The notes beneath the pieces are model-generated. The model made no database searches, had not been told where the DNA came from, and saw only the letters and a program-made list of their open reading frames with translations. Shown piece after piece: positions 1 through 10,455 of a DNA stretch of 64,000 bases. The stretch's first letter is position 1, and every line of letters starts with the position of its first letter. Origin of the DNA: Nitrospiraceae bacterium (GTDB lineage Bacteria > Nitrospirota > Nitrospiria > Nitrospirales > Nitrospiraceae). The stretch covers positions 320,001 through 384,000 of the forward strand of contig JBFWWG010000001.1 of the NCBI GenBank assembly GCA_050246315.1, read 5' to 3'. Both the position numbers and the translations under genes were made by a program.

Positions 1-221
1 TCGGTGATGACGGCATGACCGATGTAATCCAGTCCTGCGCCGCCGTATTCCTTCGGAAGCGGACCGCCGAGGAACCCCATTTCAGCCATGCGGTCGATCA
101 CCTCTCGCGGAATACGTCCGGCTCGGTCTCGTTCCGACGCCCCTGGCGCAAGCTCTTGCTCCGCAAACCGCCGAACGGTCTCTCTGATCAGACGCTGCTC
201 TTCGGTGAGTTCAAAGTCCAT
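1..221 (-). CDS. Acyl-CoA dehydrogenase, N-terminal part (runs off the window edge)
   Basis: Not in the ORF track. Manual translation gives MDFELTEEQRLIRETVRRFAEQELAPGASERDRAGRIPREVIDRMAEMGFLGGPLPKEYGGAGLD, a typical ACAD N-terminus; GGAG RBS before the ATG at 221. Confidence 0.9.
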   Translation of the reverse strand, partial: MDFELTEEQRLIRETVRRFAEQELAPGASERDRAGRIPREVIDRMAEMGFLGGPLPKEYGGAGLDYIGHAVIT

Positions 222-232
222 CGTAGCTCCCT

Positions 233-850
233 TCACCCGATCGTCTTGAATCGCTTCATCCGGAACAGATCTTCCCGCTCACGCTCTTCGAGAGCCTGTC
301 GAATGGTTTTGACCTCTTTGGTCAGAGCGGGAAGCACCACCTCATTGAGCGCATTGATCCGGCGTGTCACCTTCTTGATTTCCGATCCCAGCTTCTTCAG
401 CCGAATCTCCACCGCCACGCTGCGAAGAATCAGTTCCAGTGCCTGCTCGAAGCCTCGCGCGGTTTCGTCAACATGCGTGGACACTCCTGAGACGGCGTAC
501 CCCCGAGCATCCCACGCGCGGCGCACCGGAGCGTAGTGCACTTCCGGAAACCGCACGCCCCACACATTGCGTTCGATCCATTCGATGGACAACGTCCGCT
601 TGGCCGCATAGCCGGCCGATCGGAGCGAGGCTCGGCCCTCCATGCCGAGCGCCAGCGTCAGCGTGGTCAGTGCGTGCCCCATCACGGCTTCCATTTGCAC
701 CCGGCTTTCCGTCACCCGGTCCATGACGGCAAAGAATTCCCGCCCCAGCGCCTCACGCTTGCTCCGCAGCAGGTCCAGTCCACGCTGAGCGACCTCGATC
801 TGGCGCTTCAGCAGCAACAGATTCATCCGTGTCCGGCCGGTGCTTTCCAT
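233..850 (-). CDS. ntpD: A/V-type ATP synthase subunit D
   Basis: TRMNLL..K, LL..KR..L, EIKKVTRRINAL motifs; last gene of the ATPase operon. Confidence 0.93.
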   Translation of the reverse strand: MESTGRTRMNLLLLKRQIEVAQRGLDLLRSKREALGREFFAVMDRVTESRVQMEAVMGHALTTLTLALGMEGRASLRSAGYAAKRTLSIEWIERNVWGVRFPEVHYAPVRRAWDARGYAVSGVSTHVDETARGFEQALELILRSVAVEIRLKKLGSEIKKVTRRINALNEVVLPALTKEVKTIRQALEEREREDLFRMKRFKTIG

Positions 851-877
851 CGGTCGTTCCTCGTCAATCGTCCCGCG

Positions 878-2383
878 CTAAGGCCGGTCGTCCTCTTCAT
901 GTGGGATGGACGGTTGACCGGTCACGTGTGACGTCCCCCCGTAATACCGTTCAATCAACTCCGGTTTCACCCTGGTCAACCGCTCCGGCGGCAGATATCG
1001 CAGGAACTTCCATCCGAGGTCCAAAGTGTCTTCGATCTCGCGCTCGCGTGGACCCTGGTTCACAAATTCCTGCTCAAAGTCCCGAGCGAGCTGCAAATAG
1101 CGTTTGTCGGACTCGCTCAGGCCGTCCTCGCCGACGATGGCGGCGAGACGCCGGATATCTCGCCCATGCGCATAGCAAGCATAGAGTTGATCCGCGACCG
1201 CCCGATGATCCTCTCGTGTTTTACCGGGACCGATCCCGAGATTCATCAGCCGCGACAGACAGGGCAACACATCGATGGGGGGAAAGACCCCTTTGCGATG
1301 GAGCTCGCGGGACAGCACGATCTGCCCTTCCGTGATGTATCCGGTCAGATCGGGAATCGGATGAGTCATGTCGTCGTCAGGCATGGTGACAATGGGAAGC
1401 TGCGTGATTGAGCCGGCTTTACCTTTGATCCGCCCGGCTCGCTCATAGATGGAGGCCAAGTCGGAATACATATACCCGGGGTACCCTCGGCGACCCGGGA
1501 TCTCCTCGCGAGCCATGGCGATTTGACGCAGGGCCTCACAGTACGCGGCCATGTCGGTCAGGATGACCAGCACATGGCGGCCGAGCGCGAACGCCAGGTA
1601 CTCCGCCGCGGTCAGGGCAAATCTCGGTGTCAGGAGCCGTTCGATCGTTGGGTCATCGGCCAGGTTCAGGAACACGACGGTGTGCTCCATGATTCCGCCA
1701 CGCTCGAACTCATCGAGATAGAACGAGGCCTCCCGGAACGTGATCCCCATCGCCGCAAAGACGATCGCGAAGGGAGAGGCGCCGGCCGCCTGGCCGGCGT
1801 CTCTCTCCGTTTCACCGGAAGGGGACGGTCCGCGTGACGAAGGGAGTCTGTCCACCTCCCGCACCTTCGCATGGCGAACGATCTGAGCGGCGACTTCCTT
1901 GGCCGGCAGGCCCGCCCCGGAGAAGATCGGCAGCTTTTGCCCTCGCACCAGCGTGTTCATCGCGTCAATCGTTGAAATCCCGGTCTGAATACAATGCGAC
2001 GGTCTCTCACGAGCGACCGGATTCAGGGGCTGTCCGATGATGTCCGCGCGAGCGTCGGGGATAATCGCCGGCAGACCGTCGAGCGGGACCCCGGCCCCGC
2101 TGAATCGTCGTCCCAAGAGATCGGGCGACAGATCCATGGCGGCGGCCGATTCCGTGAGGCGGACCCGGGTCCCCGTTACTCCCAGGCCCGTCGTCTCCTC
2201 CAGCACTTGGATCACGGCATGCTGCACGGACAGCTCGATGACTTGACCGCGCCGGGCCTCTCCGGTCGGAAGAATGATCTCCACCAGTTCTCCGAGAGAA
2301 GCCTTGCTCAGCTTCTCTGCAAAGAGAAGCGGTCCGGCGATCGCGCTCACGGTCCGATATTCGCGAGTGACCAGGTCATCCAT
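878..2383 (-). CDS. ntpB: A/V-type ATP synthase subunit B
   Basis: [47 protein letters not shown]; start placed at MDDLVTREY using the RBS. Confidence 0.96.
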   Translation of the reverse strand: MDDLVTREYRTVSAIAGPLLFAEKLSKASLGELVEIILPTGEARRGQVIELSVQHAVIQVLEETTGLGVTGTRVRLTESAAAMDLSPDLLGRRFSGAGVPLDGLPAIIPDARADIIGQPLNPVARERPSHCIQTGISTIDAMNTLVRGQKLPIFSGAGLPAKEVAAQIVRHAKVREVDRLPSSRGPSPSGETERDAGQAAGASPFAIVFAAMGITFREASFYLDEFERGGIMEHTVVFLNLADDPTIERLLTPRFALTAAEYLAFALGRHVLVILTDMAAYCEALRQIAMAREEIPGRRGYPGYMYSDLASIYERAGRIKGKAGSITQLPIVTMPDDDMTHPIPDLTGYITEGQIVLSRELHRKGVFPPIDVLPCLSRLMNLGIGPGKTREDHRAVADQLYACYAHGRDIRRLAAIVGEDGLSESDKRYLQLARDFEQEFVNQGPREREIEDTLDLGWKFLRYLPPERLTRVKPELIERYYGGTSHVTGQPSIPHEEDDRP

Positions 2384-2415
2384 CGTCCACTCCCGACCGG
2401 CCCACCTGACGCTTC

Positions 2416-4161
2416 TCACCCCTCTCCTGACGACATGATCTCCTGCTGCATGTGCTCAATCATCGTCCGGGCTTGCTGGATGCACCTGTCCGGAGGCGTC
2501 TCCTGCATACGTTCCAGCTCGCTTCTCAAGGGCGAGGCGAGGAGCGGCTCGATCGGACGGCCTTTCTTGAGCATGGCCCGACAGTAGGTGAGAAACTCCA
2601 TCTGGGCCTTCAGCATCCAGTACTGCTTCCCAAGCGGACAGGCGGCGTCAACATCGGAATAGGCATTCTGTCTGAGATAGGATTCTCGGATGAGGCGACT
2701 GACCTCTAAGACGATGCGCTCCTGATCCGGGACCGCATCAATCCCCACAAGCTGCACGACCTCCTGCAGCTCCTCTTCCTTCTGGAGCAGCACGCTCAAC
2801 TCGGTTCGAAGCTGCGGCCAGTCCTGGGCCACTTGCGTCTGAAACCAAGGGTCGAGTGCCTGGGTGTAGAGGGAATAACTGCGCTTCCAATTGATGGCGG
2901 GGAAATGTCGCCGGTGGGCCAGATCCGAGTCCAAGGCCCAGAGCCCTCCGGCCGCCTGGATCGAGCCTTGTGTCACCGGCTCTGAAAAGTCTCCACCCGG
3001 CGGAGAGATCGCCGAGACAATCGTGACCGCCCCCTGTCGGCTCGGATCTCCCAAGCAGCGGACCCGTCCACCACGTTCATAGAAGCCGGCCAACTTACCG
3101 GCCAAATAGGTGGGATAGCCTTCCTCTCCGGGCATCTCTTCCAGCCTGGCGGAAATCTCGCGCGTCGCCTCGGCCCAGCGCGAGGTGCTGTCGGCCATGA
3201 GGGCGACCGCATAGCCCATGTCCCGATAATATTCGGCCATCGTGATGCCCGTGTAGATCGACGTCTCCCGGGCCGCCACGGGCATGTTCGAGGTATTGAT
3301 GACCAGGACCGTGCGTTCCATAAGCGGCAGGCCGGTGGCGGGATCCTTCAGGTGGGGGAACTCGGTCAGGACCTCCGTCATTTCGTTGCCTCGTTCTCCG
3401 CACCCGATGTAAATGATGATCTCGGCCTGCGCATACCTGGCGAGCGTCTGCTCAACGACGGTCTTTCCCGTTCCGAAGCCGCCCGGCACAATCACGGTTC
3501 CACCGGCGGCAAGGGGAAGGAGCATGTCGAACACCCGCTGGCCGGTGATGAAGGGCACGACCGGAGGAAGCCGCTCGGCAACGGGGCGGGACGTCCGCAC
3601 CGGCCAGCGTTGCAAGAGGGTCAACGGACCGTAGCCATCAAGCCAGGCAACCGGCTCTTCGATCGTATAGGTGCCTTCCTCAATCTTGGAGAGCGTCCCC
3701 GATAATCCGGGTGGGACGAGGATGCGATGTTCGATTCTTGCGGTCTCTTGGACAACTCCCACGCATGTTCCGCCGCCGACGGCCGTGCCGGGACGGACCA
3801 CTGGAGTGAACGCCCAGCGCCGGTCTCGGGACAGGGCCGGCAGACTCAGGCCTCGCGCCATCCAATCACCGCACTGGGCCGCGATGACGTTCAATGGCCG
3901 CTGGACTCCGTCGAAGATCGAACCAAGGAGGCCGGGCCCAAGTTCCACGTGGAGCGGTTCTCCCGCATCGACCACCTCCTCTCCCAGCATCAGCCCCGTG
4001 GTGTCTTCATACACTTGAATCGTCGCTTCGCTTCCGCGCAGTCGTATCACCTCTCCGAGCAATCCTGTCTTACCGACTGCGACACGATTGAACATGCGGG
4101 TCTGCTCCATGCCCCCCGCGACAACGGTCGGACCCGAGATCTTGATGATCGCTCCGGTCAT
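2416..4161 (-). CDS. ntpA: A/V-type ATP synthase subunit A (catalytic)
   Basis: P-loop [48 protein letters not shown]. Confidence 0.97.
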   Translation of the reverse strand: MTGAIIKISGPTVVAGGMEQTRMFNRVAVGKTGLLGEVIRLRGSEATIQVYEDTTGLMLGEEVVDAGEPLHVELGPGLLGSIFDGVQRPLNVIAAQCGDWMARGLSLPALSRDRRWAFTPVVRPGTAVGGGTCVGVVQETARIEHRILVPPGLSGTLSKIEEGTYTIEEPVAWLDGYGPLTLLQRWPVRTSRPVAERLPPVVPFITGQRVFDMLLPLAAGGTVIVPGGFGTGKTVVEQTLARYAQAEIIIYIGCGERGNEMTEVLTEFPHLKDPATGLPLMERTVLVINTSNMPVAARETSIYTGITMAEYYRDMGYAVALMADSTSRWAEATREISARLEEMPGEEGYPTYLAGKLAGFYERGGRVRCLGDPSRQGAVTIVSAISPPGGDFSEPVTQGSIQAAGGLWALDSDLAHRRHFPAINWKRSYSLYTQALDPWFQTQVAQDWPQLRTELSVLLQKEEELQEVVQLVGIDAVPDQERIVLEVSRLIRESYLRQNAYSDVDAACPLGKQYWMLKAQMEFLTYCRAMLKKGRPIEPLLASPLRSELERMQETPPDRCIQQARTMIEHMQQEIMSSGEG

Positions 4162-4487
4162 CGCTTAAGTTTCAATTGATATCCGATCGCCCGCCGGAGG
4201 AGGCGGGCAAGATACTGCTCTCGCAAGTCTCCCTCATGTTTGGTCCGAGAAACCGGGATCGGATAGAAGACCGGGCTCACGGATTCTTCCATCTCGTTTA
4301 GAGACTTTTCTGGAAGCCTCTCCCGGTACGCCTCGTTATAGATCACGATTCCGGCCTTTCCGCTGCGGAGGAGCGAGAGGAGTTGCTCGACGGCCGCCTC
4401 CTCGGAGTCTACTTCGCTCACATCGACACCGGCCAATCGGAAACCCAGCGCGGTGTCGGGATCGGTCACGACAATCAGATGGGCCAT
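4158..4487 (-). CDS. A/V-type ATP synthase subunit F
   Basis: D.DTALGFRLAGV N-terminus and RRAIG C-terminus; lies between subunits C and A. Confidence 0.9.
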   Translation of the reverse strand: MAHLIVVTDPDTALGFRLAGVDVSEVDSEEAAVEQLLSLLRSGKAGIVIYNEAYRERLPEKSLNEMEESVSPVFYPIPVSRTKHEGDLREQYLARLLRRAIGYQLKLKR

Positions 4488-5551
4488 AGGATCAGCCATT
4501 CCTCCACTTGTTCCGGTTGCATGCCCGCGACCTTCCCTCGGAGGATCATCCGGAGGTTCCGGATCTCGTTCGTCTTCCGTTCAAGGTAGGCGATCGCCGG
4601 GCCAATGCCCAATGGGTCAGGCCGAGAAAGGGCAACGCTTTTACGGATGGCCGCGCGGTTCAATTCTCTCTCGACGAGTGGAGGAGACACGGAGTCCTTG
4701 GCTCGAAACAGGTCGGTCAGCCATCCAAAGGAGGTGGCGACAAGACGGTTAAGTCCCTCGCGCAGATCAGGCGCGCCGATGACCGCCTCATACCGAGTTC
4801 GAGTGAACCGGCCTCCTGCCTCAAGGAAATGACGGCCGGCCTCCAACGACGAACGAGCGCCACGTTCAGCCAGGTAGCGGAGCGCCGCCAGGAGATTGGC
4901 ACTGTCCGCGAGAAACCCGAGATAGCTCCCGACGGCTCGATCGTTCTCATCTTCGCTAACCGCCAGTCGGCATGAGTGCAGGAGAGTCAATCGGTCGAGT
5001 TCAGACTCCAGCGGTTGCAAATCGTCGGCCTCCCCAAGCTGGTCCAGTCCCGATCGAACTGGACGAGCGAGCGGTAGTCGCCACATCTCCAGCAAGTGAG
5101 CCACGGCTTGCATGGTCGGCGCTCGCGCCAGTTCGGCCACGGCGATGTCATCGAGGAGTCCGACCGGAAACGTCATGGCCAAGACCTCCTCGATCGGTGC
5201 CGCCGCCCGCTTGCCGCGCAGGACGGTTTTCAGATTGTAGACATCCCATCGGAGGAGGAGCACATCGAGCAATTCACGCGATCGATCGGAGAAGAACCCC
5301 CGAAGGATGCCGAGCGTCTCCACAAGGTCCCGTCGCAGAGCCTCATCGAGGCACCCGATCGTCCGGAGGCCCTGGGCGCGATCGAGTGTTGCGAGGACGG
5401 GTTCCAATGCGCGTGCATACGGCAAACTCCGCAGGCCATGGACCAGGCCATCAAGGGTCGCCTGCGCGAGCAAAGAGTCATACTGGTCTCGGCTGAGGAG
5501 ACGGCCCTCCATGGCGCGGATCCTCGCATTGGTGTAGGCGTAGTCATCCAT
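4475..5551 (-). CDS. A/V-type ATP synthase subunit C (V0 d-like)
   Basis: YAYTNARIRAM..RLL, WDVYNLK..LRGK, EIRNLR.I..GK motifs. Confidence 0.9.
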   Translation of the reverse strand: MDDYAYTNARIRAMEGRLLSRDQYDSLLAQATLDGLVHGLRSLPYARALEPVLATLDRAQGLRTIGCLDEALRRDLVETLGILRGFFSDRSRELLDVLLLRWDVYNLKTVLRGKRAAAPIEEVLAMTFPVGLLDDIAVAELARAPTMQAVAHLLEMWRLPLARPVRSGLDQLGEADDLQPLESELDRLTLLHSCRLAVSEDENDRAVGSYLGFLADSANLLAALRYLAERGARSSLEAGRHFLEAGGRFTRTRYEAVIGAPDLREGLNRLVATSFGWLTDLFRAKDSVSPPLVERELNRAAIRKSVALSRPDPLGIGPAIAYLERKTNEIRNLRMILRGKVAGMQPEQVEEWLILWPI

Positions 5552-5621
5552 GTTCTTACGGTTGAGGCCGAGGTTCAGACGAACGGATTCGCGCACGATC
5601 AGGCTGATCTCAACCCGAGCC

Positions 5622-6200
5622 TTAGCCCTCTCCGAACAACAGCCGGTTCAGTTCGATGGTCAAGGCCGGCTTGGCCTTCGCCAGGCGCGTCGCAAAGGAG
5701 TTCGTGAGTACCTCGCCGTTCCCTTCTACCTTGATCCCCAGGAGAAGCGCATCCTGATGCTGCGCTTCCACTTCGATGCCGCGTTGTTTCAGGCTCTCCT
5801 CAAGGAATGGCCGCTCGCGATCATCAATGAACACGCGAGGCGATGGAGAAGGGGAGGCGGCCAGCACTTCCGCCAGCAGTGCGTTGAGGACTTCCGTCCG
5901 AGCATGGCCGGCGAGCGACCGGACTTTCTCGCCGGCATGTCGCCACACGGCATCCAGGATCTCCTGCTTGGCCTGCAGCACAATCCGGCGGCCGCTCAAC
6001 GCAGCTCGGGCCACCAGGGCGGCCCGCCGGGCAGAGAGGTCTCGACGAATCGTGAGTTCGACCTCACGGGCCAATGCCTCGCTTTCCCGCCTCGCGTCAG
6101 ACAACAGCTCCTCGGCCTCCACCTGAGCCTGGTGCAGGATCGCATCGCGTTTGTTTCTTCCCTCTTCCAACAGCGCCTCGATGAGTCTGTCGTACGACAT
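5622..6200 (-). CDS. A/V-type ATP synthase subunit E
   Basis: Charged coiled-coil N-terminus; GI...NSF..RL C-terminal domain; position in operon. Confidence 0.85.
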   Translation of the reverse strand: MSYDRLIEALLEEGRNKRDAILHQAQVEAEELLSDARRESEALAREVELTIRRDLSARRAALVARAALSGRRIVLQAKQEILDAVWRHAGEKVRSLAGHARTEVLNALLAEVLAASPSPSPRVFIDDRERPFLEESLKQRGIEVEAQHQDALLLGIKVEGNGEVLTNSFATRLAKAKPALTIELNRLLFGEG

Positions 6201-6208
6201 CGTCAGAC

Positions 6209-6430
6209 TCACTTCAGCGCGAAGAGAATCAGAATGGCCACGGTGAAGCCGAAGATGACCAAGGTTTCCGGGATGACGAGTAAGATCAACATCGTCCCGA
6301 AGGTCTCGGGCTTCTCCAAAATCGCGCCAATCGCCGCTGCACCAATCTTCGCCTGCGCCAACGCGGTAGCCAGCGCGGCCAGCCCGATAGCCAAGCCCGC
6401 ACCGATCGCGACGAGTCCGATCTCAGTCAT
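6209..6430 (-). CDS. A/V-type ATP synthase proteolipid subunit K/c (single hairpin)
   Basis: 73 aa, two TM helices, AQAKIGAA...IPETLVIFG containing the ion-carrying Glu. Confidence 0.93.
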   Translation of the reverse strand: MTEIGLVAIGAGLAIGLAALATALAQAKIGAAAIGAILEKPETFGTMLILLVIPETLVIFGFTVAILILFALK

Positions 6431-6457
6431 GATGCCCCTCCCTGGTTGTCCACCGCC

Positions 6458-8377
6458 TCACCCTCGAATGGGCGTGGCCGCATGGAGATGCCGAAACGGT
6501 TTGTACGGCCGACCGCCTGGCGAAAAGAAGTTTTCGAAAAATTCTACATAATGGAGCCGGAGCGCCTGGACGGTCGGCGAGAGAATGCCGAAGGCGAGGT
6601 TGATCCCGTGGAGCGCTCCCGTGACGACGATGCCCAGGAAGACGTTGCCCACCAGGCCGCCCAGCTTGTTGGCGGCAAAGGCGAGCGCGGCCGATGCGAC
6701 ACCGATCCCCATGAGACGCAGGTAGGAGAGCACATTGACGACGTTATGCAGCTCCATGGCCCCGCGGCTCCCGCCGAAAACGAAGATGACGACCAGCGCG
6801 CACAGCAATCCTGAGACCTCGGCCGCCAGCCATTCGCGTCGGGCGAATCCGGCGCCGCTTGCGATGAGAGAGATGAACGACAGCACCAACACCATGCCGC
6901 CGCATTTCGTCAGACACTCTTGCCGGTTCCCATGCCGCCAGGCCGACCGCGCACCCAGGGCAAGCCCGAACACCACATGCACCGTGCCGATCCCGATGGA
7001 CAGGGAGAGAAGCGGCAGGAACGCCTGCATGCGGTTCAGCACCGGATACAGACCGACATACTCACCCAGCTCTCCAAACAGCTCTCCGAACAGGACACCG
7101 AAGGCGATCGCCGAGCCCGAAGCCCACAGGAAGATGGTCGAAATGTCGCGAACAAGCGGATGGGAGCGGTGCCGCCGTCGAACCATGGCCGCGGCGACAA
7201 GCAGGAGCAGTCCATAGCCGACATCGCCGAGGATCACGCCATAGAACAGGGGAAAACATACCGCCATATAGGGGGTCGGATCGATGCTCCCGTACCGCGG
7301 CAAGGCCACGACCCGAGTCAAGGTCTCGAATGGTCGGGCAAGGACCGGGTTCCGCAGTGCCACCGGAACCGTCGCCCATTCCTGGGGGGCAACCGGACAG
7401 GCTTCCAACACAACCTTGCCGCCGAATTCGTCCTCGATCCTGAGACGCAAGGCGGTGAGCAGCTCGGAGGGCACCCAGCCATAGATCAGAATGGTCAGCT
7501 CGGTTTGATAGAACTGCAGACCCACTTCAATGTGTTCGAGGCCACAGGTAATCGCATCGTCGTACTCCGTCAATTCCTGACGCCGCTGGAACGCCACCTC
7601 GTTCAGCTCCCGGCGATAGCGGTCGGCCTCGTGGGGAAGATCCGTTTTTTTCTGAAGGAGCAGACGCAGAGCCTCTCCCAGGGGCTTATCCGCGACGGAG
7701 ACGGGCAGCCGCAGTTCGGCAATGCCTTCTTCCCACAACAGATTCCGAACTCTGACACCATGCACCTTGGGAAACACCAGCAGAACCACAAGGGAGCGTG
7801 CGTCTATCCGTGTGTGGAACAGCTCATACCGATGGTCCGTGATCTTGGCCATCATTTCCCGCAGGATCGGCAGGAGCGCACCGGAACCCTCGCGCTCATC
7901 GAGCGTGACGCCGAGGTGGTCTAGTTCCTCGCTGTCCTGGATGAACCGCAAGAACGGAGCCAGTCCCGCCAAGGCCCTCTCGTATTTGGACAGGAGGGCC
8001 AGCTCTTCCTCACTGGCCTTCAGCCTGGTCGCAAGGTCATCAACCTGCCGACAGACCTCACGAACCCGGCCGGCAAGGCGGATGAGGACGTCTTCCGTCA
8101 GTTCCGAATATTGAGTGGGTCGTGCGATCAGTCGCCTATCGGATGGCATCTCCGGAAGGAGCAGCAGCAGGCGGCGCACCTCATCGCGCAATCGTTCCAG
8201 TTCAGCCCGTCGACGTCTGGCGGATTCATCCATCACCTGCGGCCGAAGAGGAACCTGAGCCGCCTCCAACGGGGTCGGTTCGATATGCAGGATGCCAACC
8301 TCCTGGAGCGTCGAGGTGACTCGATCGATCAGCATCCGGGGAGAGACCACTCGGACCTTTGCCATCGACTCGATCAT
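6458..8377 (-). CDS. ntpI: A/V-type ATP synthase subunit I (a)
   Basis: P.Y..IDPT, GDVGYG, LSYLRL, LRLHYVEFF motifs. Confidence 0.94.
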   Translation of the reverse strand: MIESMAKVRVVSPRMLIDRVTSTLQEVGILHIEPTPLEAAQVPLRPQVMDESARRRRAELERLRDEVRRLLLLLPEMPSDRRLIARPTQYSELTEDVLIRLAGRVREVCRQVDDLATRLKASEEELALLSKYERALAGLAPFLRFIQDSEELDHLGVTLDEREGSGALLPILREMMAKITDHRYELFHTRIDARSLVVLLVFPKVHGVRVRNLLWEEGIAELRLPVSVADKPLGEALRLLLQKKTDLPHEADRYRRELNEVAFQRRQELTEYDDAITCGLEHIEVGLQFYQTELTILIYGWVPSELLTALRLRIEDEFGGKVVLEACPVAPQEWATVPVALRNPVLARPFETLTRVVALPRYGSIDPTPYMAVCFPLFYGVILGDVGYGLLLLVAAAMVRRRHRSHPLVRDISTIFLWASGSAIAFGVLFGELFGELGEYVGLYPVLNRMQAFLPLLSLSIGIGTVHVVFGLALGARSAWRHGNRQECLTKCGGMVLVLSFISLIASGAGFARREWLAAEVSGLLCALVVIFVFGGSRGAMELHNVVNVLSYLRLMGIGVASAALAFAANKLGGLVGNVFLGIVVTGALHGINLAFGILSPTVQALRLHYVEFFENFFSPGGRPYKPFRHLHAATPIRG

Positions 8378-8772
8378 GGCTCCGCCTGCCTCCGGACCTC
8401 GTGACCATGTTGAAGTGAATCGTCCGCGACCCCCTTTGAGCTCGGCAGAATCCGCTCAAGCACCAGTTCGACCGCTTCCTCCATTCTGTCCATGCACCGG
8501 GTCCTCAAATGGCCGACCTTTGCCCGGACATCCGTGAGCAGGTGTTCGGCCTCACGTTCCGCCTCCGCGAGGCTCCTCGCCTCGGCCTCCGCCTTGTTCC
8601 GCTCAAGTGCGCGACGTTGTTCCCGCAACAGGGTTTCAGCCTGGACCTTCGCTCTCTCGAGAAGGGCCGCCGCTTCCTGTCGCGCCGCCTGGACCATACT
8701 GTCCACTCTGCGCTCGGCAGCCTGGATGTGGATGAGAATCTCAGGAGACCGCTGATCCGAAGGCTCCGACAT
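8374..8772 (-). CDS. A/V-type ATP synthase peripheral stalk subunit G/H
   Basis: Ala/Glu/Arg-rich coiled coil (IQAAE..A..AR.EA); first ATPase gene, stop overlaps the subunit I start. Confidence 0.75.
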   Translation of the reverse strand: MSEPSDQRSPEILIHIQAAERRVDSMVQAARQEAAALLERAKVQAETLLREQRRALERNKAEAEARSLAEAEREAEHLLTDVRAKVGHLRTRCMDRMEEAVELVLERILPSSKGVADDSLQHGHEVRRQAEP

Positions 8773-8794
8773 GGCTGCCTCAGATGCCGACGAC

Positions 8795-10420
8795 TCATCC
8801 GTCCGAGTGGAGTAATTCATCGACCCTGGCGACCGGCACGCCGGAGCCGACCGCGCCGAATCGAGTCATGATGGATGACTGGACGGCAATGAGTTCTCCT
8901 TGACTGTTGAAGATCGGACTCCCGCTGCCGCCGCTCGTGGTCTGGGCATCATGGATTATGCGATTCGGTACGGCATCGCTCACGTGCCCTTGCGTGGTCA
9001 GGGGTCTGATGAATCCGAGATCCGCTAGGTCTTGAATCAGCTTCTGCAAATTGCGCTCTGCTCCCTTCAACAGCTTGATGGCGGATTGCTCATCCAGCCT
9101 CGCCAATATCCCTTCAAGGCCCGAGGGGTAGCCCACAACCACGACCGCCTCACCCGGCACTGCCTGAGGCGGTGGCCTCTCCACGGGAACCATGGCCATG
9201 CCCTTGGGCTCTGGAGTGAGCTGGGCCAGCGCCACATCTCCTTGCTCAGCCACCTTCAGAACGGTGACGTCATACGCCTGCGCGCGGCCGGGAAAATAGG
9301 CGCGCATGATCATAAGACGCGGCTCGAGACCGGCTTGGATCATCTCCGCCGTGCCCTTCGGATCCATGGACCAGGGCTCGGCAAGGTGCCGATTGGTCAC
9401 GATGCGCCCCGTCGCATCGATCAGAAAGCCGGTCCCGGTGTACTCCAATAGGGCATGAGGCGCCTCCGCTCTTGCGCCGGCTTCGACAAACCCGTAGGCA
9501 ATGTACAGCAGGCACGTCGATGGGCCGAACCGTTTGATCAACCGTTCGGCGTTGTTTCGTTCAGCCTCCAACGTTCTGAGACGGAAGGTCAACGCCTGGA
9601 GCTCCTCCGATGAGGCTCTCTTCTTCTGCTGTTCTTCCACCATCGCCATTAAGCGTTGTTCTTCTGCCTCATGGATCGCCAAGGTGTCGGCAAGCCGTCT
9701 CCGTTCGTCTGCGGCCTTCTGCTCTAATTCGGCCAAGGAGACGCGAGAGCGCTCAAGCTCCTTCAGCAAGGAGACGATATGGTGTTCGTGAGCCTCTTCG
9801 GTGAGGTAGTGATGGTAAGCGAGCCCTCCGATGGCCGCGAGAAGCACTGCCATCAGGCCCGCTGCGACGATCTGCGTCGCCAAGGTGGCATTCCGCGCGA
9901 TCTCGAAGGCGAGTTGGCCGACAAATGATCGGAGGGTCATTCGCCCATCAGCACGTCCGGCGGAAGCGACGTCGCGGGCATCTTGCAGAATCTCCTTCAG
10001 TAGTTTGCAACGAGTATATTCTTCGGGACGGATACGGAAACGGAGAGTGGGACCGTTCGGCCCCAGTTGGATCACATCCCTGTCGCGGAGAATGATTTCC
10101 TCAACCGGTTCTCGATTCAGCAATGTCCGGTTTGCCGGGTCGCAGTTGCGCAACCACATCTCGCAACCCGCCTGGAACATCTCGGCTTGCAGCGGAGCAA
10201 CCGGGCACTCACCATTGGAGGAAAACGACACATCCACGCCCGGCGCACTGCCGAGTGTCACCGGTGCGCGCTGGAAGAACTGCGTCTCGCCTCGCCGACA
10301 ACCCGAGAGATGTACGAGCGAAAATTTCAAACCGCTGCCGGACGAGCGCCGCTCCCCGATATCGGGCGCTTCGTCGGGGACAGAGGCCTGCATCATCTCG
10401 CGGCTGGTCACCGTCGCCAT
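8795..10420 (-). CDS. FHA-like domain + TM + coiled coil + trypsin-like serine protease
   Basis: FHA-like segment (TLGS...N.TLLN...LRDRDVIQLG..GP), one TM helix, heptad region, catalytic triad motifs GTGF..VTNRH / GDVAL / GGSGSP. Confidence 0.8.
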   Translation of the reverse strand: MATVTSREMMQASVPDEAPDIGERRSSGSGLKFSLVHLSGCRRGETQFFQRAPVTLGSAPGVDVSFSSNGECPVAPLQAEMFQAGCEMWLRNCDPANRTLLNREPVEEIILRDRDVIQLGPNGPTLRFRIRPEEYTRCKLLKEILQDARDVASAGRADGRMTLRSFVGQLAFEIARNATLATQIVAAGLMAVLLAAIGGLAYHHYLTEEAHEHHIVSLLKELERSRVSLAELEQKAADERRRLADTLAIHEAEEQRLMAMVEEQQKKRASSEELQALTFRLRTLEAERNNAERLIKRFGPSTCLLYIAYGFVEAGARAEAPHALLEYTGTGFLIDATGRIVTNRHLAEPWSMDPKGTAEMIQAGLEPRLMIMRAYFPGRAQAYDVTVLKVAEQGDVALAQLTPEPKGMAMVPVERPPPQAVPGEAVVVVGYPSGLEGILARLDEQSAIKLLKGAERNLQKLIQDLADLGFIRPLTTQGHVSDAVPNRIIHDAQTTSGGSGSPIFNSQGELIAVQSSIMTRFGAVGSGVPVARVDELLHSDG

Positions 10421-10455
10421 CGTGGTCCGGCTCCGACCATCGCGCCATTGCCTCC

